DNA of 64,000 bases from Lepidodermella squamata (taxonomy: Eukaryota > Animalia > Gastrotricha): NCBI GenBank assembly GCA_047495785.1, contig JBLDXI010000020.1, positions 1,736,001-1,800,000 on the forward strand, in the 5' to 3' direction. Positions 40,538 to 52,583 of the stretch are shown piece after piece. Made by a program: the position numbers and the translations under genes. Each line of letters opens with the position of its first letter. The stretch's first letter is position 1. The notes under the pieces are model-generated. The model was given only the letters and a program-made list of their open reading frames with translations, made no database searches and had not been told where the DNA came from.

Positions 40538-40717
40538 CAGGGTGGCCAAAAAATTCCGCAGAAGGCGAATTTGATGCGCATTAATTTAACGAAGAGTTCT
40601 AAGAAGTTCAAGAATTTCAAGCATTCTTTTGCCAATGGAACTCCTCAATTTCTTGAAACTTCTCATTAAATTGATGCGCATCGAATTCGGCCTTCTGCGG
40701 AATTTTTGGCCACCTTG
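40538..40717. mobile_element. Tc1/mariner-type foldback MITE (TA TSD)
   Basis: TA|CAGGGTGGCCAAAAAATTCCGCAGAAGG ... CCTTCTGCGGAATTTTTGGCCACCTTG|TA; nearly fully palindromic. Confidence 0.85.
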
Positions 40718-41038
40718 TAGAGTAGAGCGCTGCGCCCTGGATTCGGCCACTTTTTGGTTTTTTCGAAGTAAAATACCTTTAGTTTCTTTTCTCGAACCAT
40801 TGTAACTTGAAGCGTCGGAACCATCGGAATATTTAATTTTCGTATTTTCAACGAAACCATCGGAAAATTCAACGTTTCATCTCAGTTTTCGATTGGTTGA
40901 GACACCTTATTTTATTTCAAATGTTCGATGAAATGAGCATGACATGAATCTGCGTGAAAGATTGAGAAGCTGGAAGTTTTTTTGAGCATTCTAATCCCTG
41001 AGCGATAGTTTCAATTTCACGGGTGGCAACCTTATATA

Positions 41039-41188
41039 CAGGGTGGCCAAAAAAGCCGGAGAAGGCAAAATTGATGCGCTCCAATTTTATGAGTTCTAAG
41101 AAATTGAATAATTTTTTCCCGTTGAAACTCCTGCTTAAAAATGATGCACATCAAAATTTCGCCATCTCCGGCGTTTTTGGCCACCCTG
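41039..41188. mobile_element. Second copy of the CAGGGTGGCCAAAA MITE (TA TSD)
   Basis: TA|CAGGGTGGCCAAAAAGCCGGAGA ... TCTCCGGCGTTTTTGGCCACCCTG|TA. Confidence 0.85.
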
Positions 41189-44100
41189 TAGACTTTGGCA
41201 TGATCGCACATCGCACTAATATGCGAGCTTTTAATAGTTTTAGGTCGTGCAACTTTTTCACCGTGCGCAGAGTTAAATGCGACCCTCGGAATATCCAAAA
41301 CAATGTTAATCTTCGCATGAAAGCAACAATTTATTCGATAGCAATAAATTAACAGAATATCTTTTAGCGGAACCAAATTTGCCTGTTGCGGAACCAAATC
41401 GGCATTTTGCGGAACCTTAGGTAAGCGAAAGGCTGCTTTCTGAATATTTCTACGAAATTGAGGCAATGCATGAATTCTATAGTGAAGACTGCATCTTTTA
41501 CAGAATTTTACGCTGAATTTAATGATGATTTATTTCAAATTATGCTGATAAATCATGACAAGCTTGAAAGCCTCAAAAAGTGGCTTTAGGACTATTGAAA
41601 ATTCCAGAATTTGGTTCCGCTACAGTAAAATTTGGTTCCGTTAAAAGTAAGACCCATAAATTTATTTAAAAGTTATTTATAAGTTATTGTACAGAAGCAC
41701 GCGCCATCTATCATAGCCGTCATCGGAATGTAAGAGGCAGCATTAACTTTCTGAAATTTCGAAAAGCCACATCACAAGCTCACCCGTTTTCATCGCAACT
41801 TCGAGTAAAATAAGGCGAATGAATCAGATTCAAGAGTTCGTTCTCTATTCTCGACACGTTTCCGTTTCACTCATAGATACGAGAATATCTTTTACAGGAA
41901 CCAAATTTGTAGCAGAACCAAATTTGCAGTTTACGGAACCAAGGTAGAAATATCCCAAGAGTTATTTTTTGAATAGTTCTACGACTTCTGGCAAATAATG
42001 AGTTCTGGATTGAACACTCTGTCTTATAGAGAATTTTACCCTGAATTTACTGGTGATTTATTTAGAATTATTGTCGTCAATCTTATTGTGGTCAATCGAC
42101 CCGCAAGAAATATCTGAAAAGTGATTTCAAGCCATTAGAAAATTCCAAAATTTGTTTCCGCTACAGCATATTTGGTTCCGCTAACACCGTAAATTTGGAT
42201 CCGGTAAAAGGAGGACCCCATAGAAACAATGCAAAAAGGCAAATTGTATGTACGGTCTCCTAGATCCTAGAATAATCAGCCCTCGTGAGTGAAGCAGGAC
42301 TTAACTGACGCGGTTTTTTCTATTGTTGCACGGGAAATGTCTAAAGAGGTTTCGAAATTTCCCGAATTGGGGCCCTCGCCTACAACGCCAGCAGATTACT
42401 GCTATTAGAATGGATGTGTGTTCCGACGATGTTATGCTGATGAAATAGTCGCGTTTTACGATGAAATAAATCAAAACAAGTCATTCCGATGGAATAATTC
42501 ACTTTTCTAGCAATTTTTGTATTTCCGACGCTTCAAGTCAAAATGGTACGAAAAAATAAAATAAAAATTCGATGAAATTAGCTGAGTCCGTTTTTTCCAC
42601 TTCTCGCTACCCAGGTGAAATTTTAGAAAATATTTGGAAAATACAGAATTATAGAAGAATTCTCGGGTTATCGAATGCCGGTTTCCGCAAGTCCGGACGA
42701 TTTTACCTTGATTTATGGCTAATTTAGGGATCCGAGTGCCCAAATTTCGGCCTCTTCATCCAGTTAAGCTAATTCCACATTATCCCTTGGATTAACTTGG
42801 CGAAACATTCTCAATTAGAGGAATTTTGATTCAAAAGAAGGGATCTAAAGAAGCAAACACACTCTAACGACCTCTATTCCAGAGTTTTCCAAAATAATCG
42901 CCAAGTAATCGCGAATTTGTGTGAAATTAGGGGTCTTTCTATCACCGGAACCGAATTTACAGTGAGCGGAACTTAATTTGCTTTAGCAGAACCAAATATG
43001 CGCTGTAACAGAACCAAATTGTGTAATTTCCTAGTGTCCTGATATCACTTTTCGGATGTTTCTTGGGTCTCGGAGTTGACCGCAATAATTCAGCAAAATA
43101 ATTCACCAGCAAATTCAGCGTAATATTCTCTATAAGACAGAGTGTGCAATTCGGAACTCATGCCTCGCCACAAATTCGTGGAATTATTCAAAATTGAGTC
43201 TTGGCTTATTTCGTCCAAGGTTCCGCAAAATGCAAATTTGGTCCCGCTAGAATATATATATTTTGAATCATTTTCGTCAATTTTTAAGGGATAAATCGAC
43301 AATTTTGGGGTCAGATCTGCACCCAGTCCGGACTGTGTCATAATAAATGTGCTTTAAAATGAGCAAATTGAGTGAAATATTCAGAAAAAGCTGCGATGGA
43401 TCACCGATGATTCGCCGTAAAAATTGCGCAACAGCTGGCGTTCCGATCTAGCGCATAGTCAATATTGCTAATTTAATGCTAATGTGTTTAGAAATTACCC
43501 TCGTGGCGCGGCCTACTGGCCCAGCAAGGTTAGCGCGACCTATTATACGGCTCAGATCTCCACAAAGCGCACCTTTATTAATAAATTTTCTAGTGTCGAT
43601 TACAGTAGTTTTAGTAATCACGTGTAATCAGGGATATGTAGATTTTTGAATTATAATGAATCGCAATGATCGTGTTTTTAGGCAAATATGATGAAAAATT
43701 GGAGGCTTATAGCTACCGAATTTTGAATCAGAATATCTTTTAGCGGAACCCAATTTGCTGTAGCGGAACCAAATTTGCTTTTTGTGGAACCAAAGTCGAA
43801 ATATGCTTAGTGTCATTTTTCTAATAATTCTTCGAATTTTAGGCTAAGCATGCATTCTAAATTAAACACTCTGTCTCTGTCTCTGTAATTTTTGTAGTAA
43901 TTTTGACCCACAAGAAGTATCCTAAAAGCGATTTCAGGCCACTAGAAAATTCCGAAATTTGGTTCCGCTACAGCATTTTTGGTTCCGATGCAGCAAATTT
44001 GGTTCCACTAAAAGGAGGACCCATTTTCAATAGCGGAGAAGTTGAGATTAGCCAAGTTTTGGGGGGGGGGGGGGTAGCCTCGAAACGAGCAACAACAATA

Positions 44101-47100
44101 TTGGGCAATACACAAAAAGCGAAAAACGTGTTAGGGGCATGAACAAAATAAGCCTAAATTTTGTCTTCGTCCAAATGACACCAATCGCATTATCGAAAAC
44201 CCGCCTTTCAAGATTTGGCAATTATTTCTCTTATGATTCGCATTGAGATGAACGCCCCCTGAAATGCGTCTCGTCCGGCTCCATGTCCCGGGGCAAAAAT
44301 GAGTGAAAAATGAGTGTTAAAATTGTTAAAATTTTGCATTTTACCGTGGCGTGGGGTAATAACTTGGCCGTAAAAGTCGCCTTCTGGTCGATTTCACACC
44401 GAGAAAAACTTTTTTCACGAAATTATTTCATGAGAATATTCCATGCTACAACCCCCTTTTTACCGAATTCGGAAATCGCTTTTTTAATGTCAAAAAAGGT
44501 CAGTTTTAAATTTTATTCAAATTTAGCATTTGATTTTGCACTCATTTAAGACATCGCATCTTCACTATTAGTAGGAAGTCAGAAGTTGCTAAGACAATTA
44601 AGCGCTGTTTTTCAATGATTGGCGAGGAAATGAGAACTAATAAGAACAATAACAGAATAAATAAAATGTGCAATTTTCAGTCTATTATTCAGCCGTAATT
44701 TCTCTATTATGCCGGTTCGATGTTTTGCGAGCAGGTGAGAGAGACACAGTTTAAATATTTCAGAATTTTTTAGTTGTTAAACTGCGATCGTGCCAACTAG
44801 CGCTTTTATAGCACTGGAATTCGGACCAACAGAGCTCAGTGCCTATAGACATATAGATAACGAATGGGATTTTATTCCGATTCGAGTACCTGCCCGTGGC
44901 CAATCCCGATAGCCAGCAGCGTTTGCTGACTTGAACGCTTAACTAAAAAAAATCCACGGCAATTAAATGACTATTCAAAAATGGTAGGACATACATACCT
45001 TGGGTGGCTTATAGCCCTTTGATTATAACCTGATAGCTGCCCAAATGCAAGCGCCGATGAGTTTAAATTTCGAATTGTCCCGCATAGGAAGTAAAAAGAC
45101 CTTAGACAGGTTTTATAGACTTGGAATTCTAAAATTAATACTAAATGCGTGAACTGAATGATATGAAACTGAATGATAGGAAATGCGGAAGTATTCTGTG
45201 TTGTCTTCTTTTTCTAGTTTTATAGCTGTGTGTTGCCTTTCGAGAAGCTTCGCCCCAAGTGTTACGCAACAATGAATGACCTCATTTCGACACGCTTATT
45301 TCTAAGCCGCGGCGATTTACTATAAATTACGGTCAATTTTATTGAATTCGCGACACTTTTATTTTGACCACCATGAATATTTCGGTAATGAATTTTGAAT
45401 CTAAACCGTCAGCAGGCGAAGAAAATTTTCAAAAAAAATGAATCCACGCGAAAATTAGACGTAACATGATTATTGACGATAAAGTTGGACGGCTGTAGCC
45501 CAAGTTTTGAGGCAGGAAAACGGTGGACTGGCGTCCAATTTCTGAACGTGTACATGGCGCAGATCCCGAAAGGGCGTTTTGTATCGTGTTTTGAAATACG
45601 GATTAGCGACACGCTTTCGATCATTGACATAATTTGCTGAGAATTAGGAACAGTGGATTCGATATAGATTTTGACATTCCGATGACGCAAAACACAACCT
45701 CGGCTCGTTCCTAAAAATGCGCTAAATTTTTGTTTTTCGTCTTGTGCCTCTCGAGAAGCCTTCCATGAGCGCCAAGAAGTGTCGATCTAATGAATCTAAA
45801 TTGCTGCGGTGTAGTAAGGTGCATATAAGCTTGAGTGAGCCGATGTGATTCGGTACAATCAGGTCGATAATCGATTTTGACGCCCAAAATTCGAAATTTC
45901 GCAAGATTTTGTTGACCCTTCACCAGAAAATGACCATAATTATGATGATAGAAAATCGGGTTTCCAGATTGGGAAATCCTGTCGATTAGGCCCTGGGAGT
46001 ATTTATCCTATTTCATCGATTTTAAAAATTTATCCGAATTTATCAATTAACGAATTCTCATTGCAAATCTATAAGTGGTTATTTTTTGGAATTTCGTCAC
46101 GTAACATCTGGCGCTTACGCGCCTCTTGCACAGCCCATTTTCACTTGATCACACAGAGATTAATTTTAGTTTATTTTGCCGATAAATCAATCGATAAAAT
46201 CATTGCTATCGATTCGATTTGATTTTCTATTGTCAATAAACGATTAAGCAATCACCAAAAATCATAGAGATAGAGCTCCCCGCCCTAAATTTGGCCAACT
46301 TTGGGGTTAAATTGCTAGCTAGTCGCATTTTTAGAAAAAAAATCGGAAAAAATGTCTGAATTGTCCTTGAACTGCAGCTAATTTTGTAGTCACGAAGGCA
46401 CCCGGCCGAAATTAGGGAACCGGGTCACCGCATCCGGTTTCGCTAATACCTCTAGTTTGGCATCGTTGAATTTGTCTCGATAAGCTGAGTGCGATAATCG
46501 CATTTGTTACTTTACCTCCTGCTGTGAGCTTTAACAACGTCAGCTTATCAGTTCAGCTATTTTGTCCTTGAAGCCGACAATTCAGCCCACGACATTTTAG
46601 CCCAAATCTGGAGTCTAGAGGGTGAACCAAATGAAAATTTAGCTACTAGTTCGAAAAGTTGACGTAGTGGCAGTCATTTTTCCCAACGTCCAGCGCAGAA
46701 ACTCACGTTTTGGTCCTATACTTAGAGCTGGTTGAAGCTATAGAAACAGCTGAGAGGGCAAAAAACGCCGTGTAAATCAAAGGCTGATTCGTCGAAAGAT
46801 AAATTGTCGCCAGGATAGAAAAGTTTGCCCCTTTGTTCGTGCTTATAACTAGAACGAGTTACGGCTTGACTGGTTTTCATGAGGCCAAAAATGACTATTA
46901 TCAAGAATATCGCAAGTAAGTATGTTTCAGCTTCAAAATAATAGCTAAAAAGGGCGAGGCTAGGTACAGTACTACAATTTTGGTCCGCTTTATGTCAAAT
47001 TTTACCCAAGTTGCTGACGTGCGTGCAAAAAAACTACCTCAGCCCTTCTGGTCTCATTGAACGATTGTTGACGATCCTGTGATTGAAAAATGGTGACGCA

Positions 47101-50100
47101 ACAATGAAAAAATGCACGAGTTTTATGGAAACTTTTTTCTGCTGAGCTCTCCGTTTCCAAATTTTGAATTTAGGGCGGTGTGCTATATTTACTTATTAGA
47201 TACTAATGACTGTAGACTGACTGCTCACGAGAAAAGGGAGCTACGACATGGGCGCCTGCTGTAATTCATCAGCGCTTGAAGGTAAGGTAAATTAAATATT
47301 CGATTATTTGTTAGTGGTTTAGAGGCGGTTTCGATTCTCCGGCGTGTTTGGTAGATGGAATCAGGCAGAGGACATCACGAGGAACACGCTGATTATTTTT
47401 CCGAAATTATTACAGAAATCTAACGAACAAAATTGGCACCATCTAAAAACAATACAATTTCACAAGTTCCCATTTTTGCTTATTTCAACTTTTTATTAAA
47501 CAAAAATTACCGCTACAACCGCGAACGATTCTTAGGTGGCTCGGTGGCAGAGCGCTATAAGTAGGATCTTCGAAATAAGGGGTATTTTTGAGGCCAAATT
47601 TTATGACAATGTTATGTGGTTTTTTATGGTTTTCCACCTTGGCCATTCTGTCGATAAAATTGTGCCAAAATGTCAGCCTCCACCATAATCCATTAACGAT
47701 ACCCAAATTTGTCGGGTTTCCTATATTTTCATCATTTTTTCATTTTTTTGAAATTTTTGTTATTTTGAATACGGACATTTCGACACCATTTTCTTTCGCC
47801 GGTCTTGTTTTCAAATAAAAATTTATTATAGCCGACCTTTTAAATTTGTTTAAATTTTTTGATAATTGACGAAAATATACAGTGAAAATTGTGTAAACCG
47901 GACGTTTTAGGATGGCTCGATCCAAAAGTTTGTAGTGGTGTTATAAACCGGACGGATTTTGGGGTCAGAGTCCGTTTTGAGAATGGTCAATTTTATGGAG
48001 GATCTGGAAAAATGCCTTGCGAAAAATTTGAAATTTGTCAATGGGTCAAATTTCTTGTATCTAGGGTCTTTGTAGTTGAATAATTTAAATAAAAATATTT
48101 GACTTGAATGAAGTTCGTAAAATGCGAAAAACTCCTGAAGTTAACGTTTTAATTTCCTTATATTTCCTAATTCGGACTCAGTCCGGTATAAAATAAGCAG
48201 GACTTTGCCTGGCGCGAGTCTGGTTTAGACAACTTTCACTGAATATCAATTTAGGGTGCTTGAATGACTAAAATCGATGATTTTTTTTCCCTGTTAAGTC
48301 GAAATGGCACGCGACCCCCAATCCGTTTTGCCTCGCTCGAGAAGCCCTGGTTTATCTGAAAAAGATTTTTTCTAGTTGATGTTGCACTTTTTACTGGAAA
48401 TTGTGCGATATATATCATCGATATTTATTCGAATTTCCGTCGAGAAGCAGAGAGTTATGAAGATTAAGCTCAGGGAATTTTCAAAAAATCTTGAGAAACA
48501 AATAACCTCAATAATATCCTCCGAATCGTTGAAATTTATAACTGAGTGATATTGCTAAATTTCCTAAAATAGGTCTAAATTTGGGGAAGTTCAGCTTTTA
48601 ACTTCGCCACCCCTACTGGAGAAATCGGTAGGCCCCATGCGGCCTCGGATAATAATTAAACTGCTGCTTGCATAATGTAAGGGTTTAAAGCAAAGTACTG
48701 CGCATTTCACGACGCAGTGCAAATATTTCGTCGTCCGCGCCGAAAAAAGTGCGATGTCCCCAAAACGACTTTTCGAGATCAATCGAAAAAAACGCTCTTT
48801 CGAATGGCGCAATCCGTTTCCTTATAAGGGAGTCATACTTTTTGCGCCACATGTAAAAACGGACATAGGTTTGTGTGTTCAGTTCTCGAAATCATGGTTT
48901 GCGGGCGTCTCGCGTTCGATGCTTCGCGGCCACCAAAATTTTATTGTTCGGATTATCAATTTTTATTTTTTTATTAATTATTTTGGAGACTGATGAGTCG
49001 ATTTGCAAAGTTTGAGCTCATTTGTTAAGCGCCTAATCAAGGGACGAATTTGCGTCAATCGGCGTCAATCGACAATGAATATTATTGATGTTAGTACCTA
49101 ATAGTGCAAAAAATGGTCGCCAATAATTTACGTTCATTTTTATGCTGCATTCATTTCTGTGTGCGAGCATTCATTTTTTGCTTGGAAATGCTGCATGCTG
49201 TGGACTTGGCCTATCGAGAAAAAGACCGTCGTAAAACGACGACCCCATAGCGGACGTAGCTCTTTTGATCCGTGAGGAATTTTAAATCCGGGTTTTCAAA
49301 TTATTTTCGAGGTGGATTACGAATCCGTCAAATGTTATTTTCGGCCGGGTCGGACATGTCGGTTTTTTCCGCCTGGACGTTGATTTGTCAAAATTTCGTC
49401 AAAAATGTCGTTTGTGAAAAGTATAGGTTGCAATATAGGGTTGCCTTGACCTGAAATCAGCGTGAAAACTTTGATACAATTTTACTATACATTCGGTGGA
49501 CTGTATAGTATAGTATATACTAATTAATCTTATATATACTATACATTCACCATAAAATTATCATTCCGATGGTTCAGTGATTTCAGGCCACTAGAAAATC
49601 CCCAAGCAAATTTGGTCCCGTTCACCGGAAATTTGGAGGACCATTATAATAACTAACGTGACTTTTTCGTAAAATTAGTGGTTTTTCGATAACCGGTAAC
49701 CCAAAGTGACAGCATCGTGCGTAGGGTTACGATACGTAATCATACGTAGAAGTTTTCGACTTTTCTGCCACCCTATACCTCTCTGGGGTTCTAGAATCGT
49801 TGAGCCTGCTGGAGTAAGCTATAACGAAATTCACGAGATTTGTCATTTTTCCGAGTCATTTTGTTTGAAAGCGGCACATTTATTAAGGTTAAATAACGTT
49901 ATTTATATTTATGATCAGTTATGAATAGAAAAAAACAATGACGTCGTTGTCCTGCTGTATACTTGATGATATGCGTGGTCTATAAGTAAAATGTACATCT
50001 CAATAGAAATAAGAATTGAATAGCGAAGAAACAAAAACAATGACAAAAGTGAAAAAAGTGAAAAATCCCTAAAGTTGCATCTAAATTTCGTACTCAGCAG

Positions 50101-50186
50101 ATCGATATCAAAACGAGGCTCATGGCCGTCAGCGTACCTGGGAAAATTTCTCGTAATTCATCAGCTAATTTTGAAAGTGCTTTTAA

Positions 50187-50677
50187 CACTTTAACTGTCA
50201 AAAATAGACTGCGAGATCAATATTTGGATCCAAATCCTGGGTCTGTGAACATTTCTTTTATTTCCGGTCAAAGATGCGTCGTAGGACAAAAATGACTAAC
50301 GGCAGAATGTAGGCCATGGCCCGGCGGTTCTTTTGACACCAAATTTGGGGCCAAAGACATCAAGGAATCAACTTGAAAAACAGTGAAATTTCCATTGTTG
50401 CGCCATAATCTGGGTCTAATAATTAGGTCCAATTTTTGGGTCTGATTTTTGGCTCTAATCCAAAATTTCGGCGTTATTTCGCAGTCATTTTCAAAGACCT
50501 GCTCAAACCTTGCGGCCCCAAGTTTGGTGTCAAAAGAACCGCCGGGTCATGGCCGACATTTTGTCGTCAGGCATTTTGCCCTACGACGCATCGTTGACCC
50601 GAAAAAAGGACTTTCGACAGATCCAGAATTTGGATCCAAATATCGTATCTCACAGTCTATTTTCGGCAGTTAAAGTG
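50187..50677. mobile_element. TTAA-flanked (piggyBac-type target) foldback MITE with long inverted arms
   Basis: TTAA|CACTTTAACTGTCAAAAATAGACTG...CCCGGCGGTTCTTTTGACACCAAA and its inverse TTTGGTGTCAAAAGAACCGCCGGG...CAGTCTATTTTCGGCAGTTAAAGTG|TTAA. Confidence 0.85.
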
Positions 50678-52583
50678 TTAAACTTCGTCAATTCGATTCT
50701 TAATTAGGGTATTTTGGTGTGAGGAGCAGGCTTTGAAGTATTTTTATTAAATTTTTCTAATTTCAAGGCATATGTAAGCATCCTTCATGTTTGAAACCGG
50801 AACATTTTTGTAGTTGTTGCAACTGGTACATGGCGTAAAGTACAAATTCCTAAATTCGGCCGGTGCGGCGTAACTTCGACTATGCTGCAGTTTTTTTGCA
50901 CGCAAATATGCATTGTTGAGCCAATCTGTTTCACGGTTTTTCAAGCGCGTGATCGCTAAAAATTAATTCCTAATGCGGGCTCGTGTCGTTTTCTCAAGTG
51001 CTTTGTTACCTGAGGTTCAAGCATCACCTCGTCAATGAAAAACTCCAGATAAATCAGCAAAGTCGATTTCCTATCTCAACTTGTTAACGGTACCAAACTT
51101 GAGCGTATAACTGGATGAGGTGGCCGAAATTGGGGCACTCCGCTCTCAAATTCCGGCCGGGTGTCAAGGTGACTAGAAAATTCGCCAAAAATCAGGTAAA
51201 ATCGTCCGGACTTGTGAGAACTGGCATTCGATAGCTCGAGAACCCCTCTATAATTCTGTATGTGCCGATTTCTTTCCTAAAAATTCACCTACCTGGCAAA
51301 GTAGGAAAAACCCAAAAGAAACAATTTTAATTGGGTTTTCCTTTTAGCGAAACCAAATTTTGGAATTTTCTAGTGGCCTGAAATCACTTTTCGGATATTT
51401 TTTGCGGGTCAAGATTGACCACAACAAAAATTCTACAAAAACCACCAGTAAATTCTTCGTAACATTCTCTATAAGATGGAGTGTTCAATTTAGAATCCAT
51501 GCTTCGCGTAAAATTCGTAGAATTATTCAAAAATGACACTTGGTATATTTCGATTTTGGTTCCGCTACAGCAAATTTGGTTCCGCTAAAAGATATTCTGA
51601 TTTTAATTTCACTTTTGCTTTGCTATTGGTAATTTGTTTTCTGTTAGCCTCTTTTTATTAACAGGAACACTTTTTCACTCTCGTTGTTGAAATTTAAAAG
51701 TTAAAATTGAAATTTTTATTGTTGAGCCCAAGGCGTCCTTGAAGTCATGGAAAATCATCATTAAGTGAATAAAAGCTAAATCCAGAAATTAAATCCAGAA
51801 ATTAATTCTGAGTTTTGATAGTCAATATTGACCTGCTGAGGCTGATTCGTCAAAATCCTACACTTGAGCTCCAATTAAATCAAAAATTTAATTATCATTT
51901 CCGGGATCAATTTTTATCTTACTGAGATGACTCTGCGCGTTCGTTCAACGCCGAAATCACGGCCTGCTTATAATCTCTTTAATGTCCCAAAATGTTTGAA
52001 TAGACATTTCGAAATAATACAAAATTGAAGTAGTGATATCCGTTCTTTAATTGGTCGCTGTTGAGCTGATTCAATAATGCACATAAGCCGAAAATCACCA
52101 GCAGTAATAGTACGAGGTTTTGCGAGGCAAGGTGTCATGTTTCTTCAATGCAATGACAGTTTCTGGGTTCTATCGCAGCCAGCAGCAGCAGTTTATGTAG
52201 CGTAATATCAGGCGTGCTAATGCTGTCATGTAGAAATCGATTGATTTTATCGGAAAAGTGTGCATTGTTTATAAAAACACATACACGATGTAAGTACAAA
52301 TGAAACCGAGTTGTGAACTTTTCATTTACTACAGAGACTTATTAAGGATGCCCTGTATTAGTTCTACAATTTTAATCAGGCTCACGTTTCCTCAGTCACA
52401 GACTTTCAGACGGGCGCAGTTTTATTAGGCCTATCCGTCGAGGGTTATACTTTATTTCATTTAACCAGTTGAGTTTTGTCAATTATGATTGAACTTGACA
52501 CACCGTTTTCACTTGTCTGAATGTTAAAACTTTACCTGATAGGCGAATGTTATTTCGAATGATTTAGACTGCTTTTATTCACC

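Larger units (their letters stand above)
39288..44023. repeat. Cluster of about 300-bp interspersed elements with reiterated GGAACCAAATTT / TTTGGTTCCGCTA inverted motifs (about 39288-39585, 41353-41655, 41882-42219, 42930-43255 reverse, 43729-44023; also 49577-49642 partial and 51346-51599 reverse)
   Basis: Common left end AGAATATCTTTTAGCGGAACC, common core TTGAACACTCTGTCTTATAGAGAAT..GACCCGCAAGAAATATCCGAAA..GTGATTTCAGGCCACTAGAAAATTCC, common right end AAAAGGAGGACCC. Confidence 0.85.

Noticed and set aside
39058-44023. Regularly spaced GGAACCAAATTT units as a possible CRISPR-like array
   Set aside because: Eukaryotic context; the units are degenerate subterminal repeats of a dispersed element, with no unique spacers and no cas genes.
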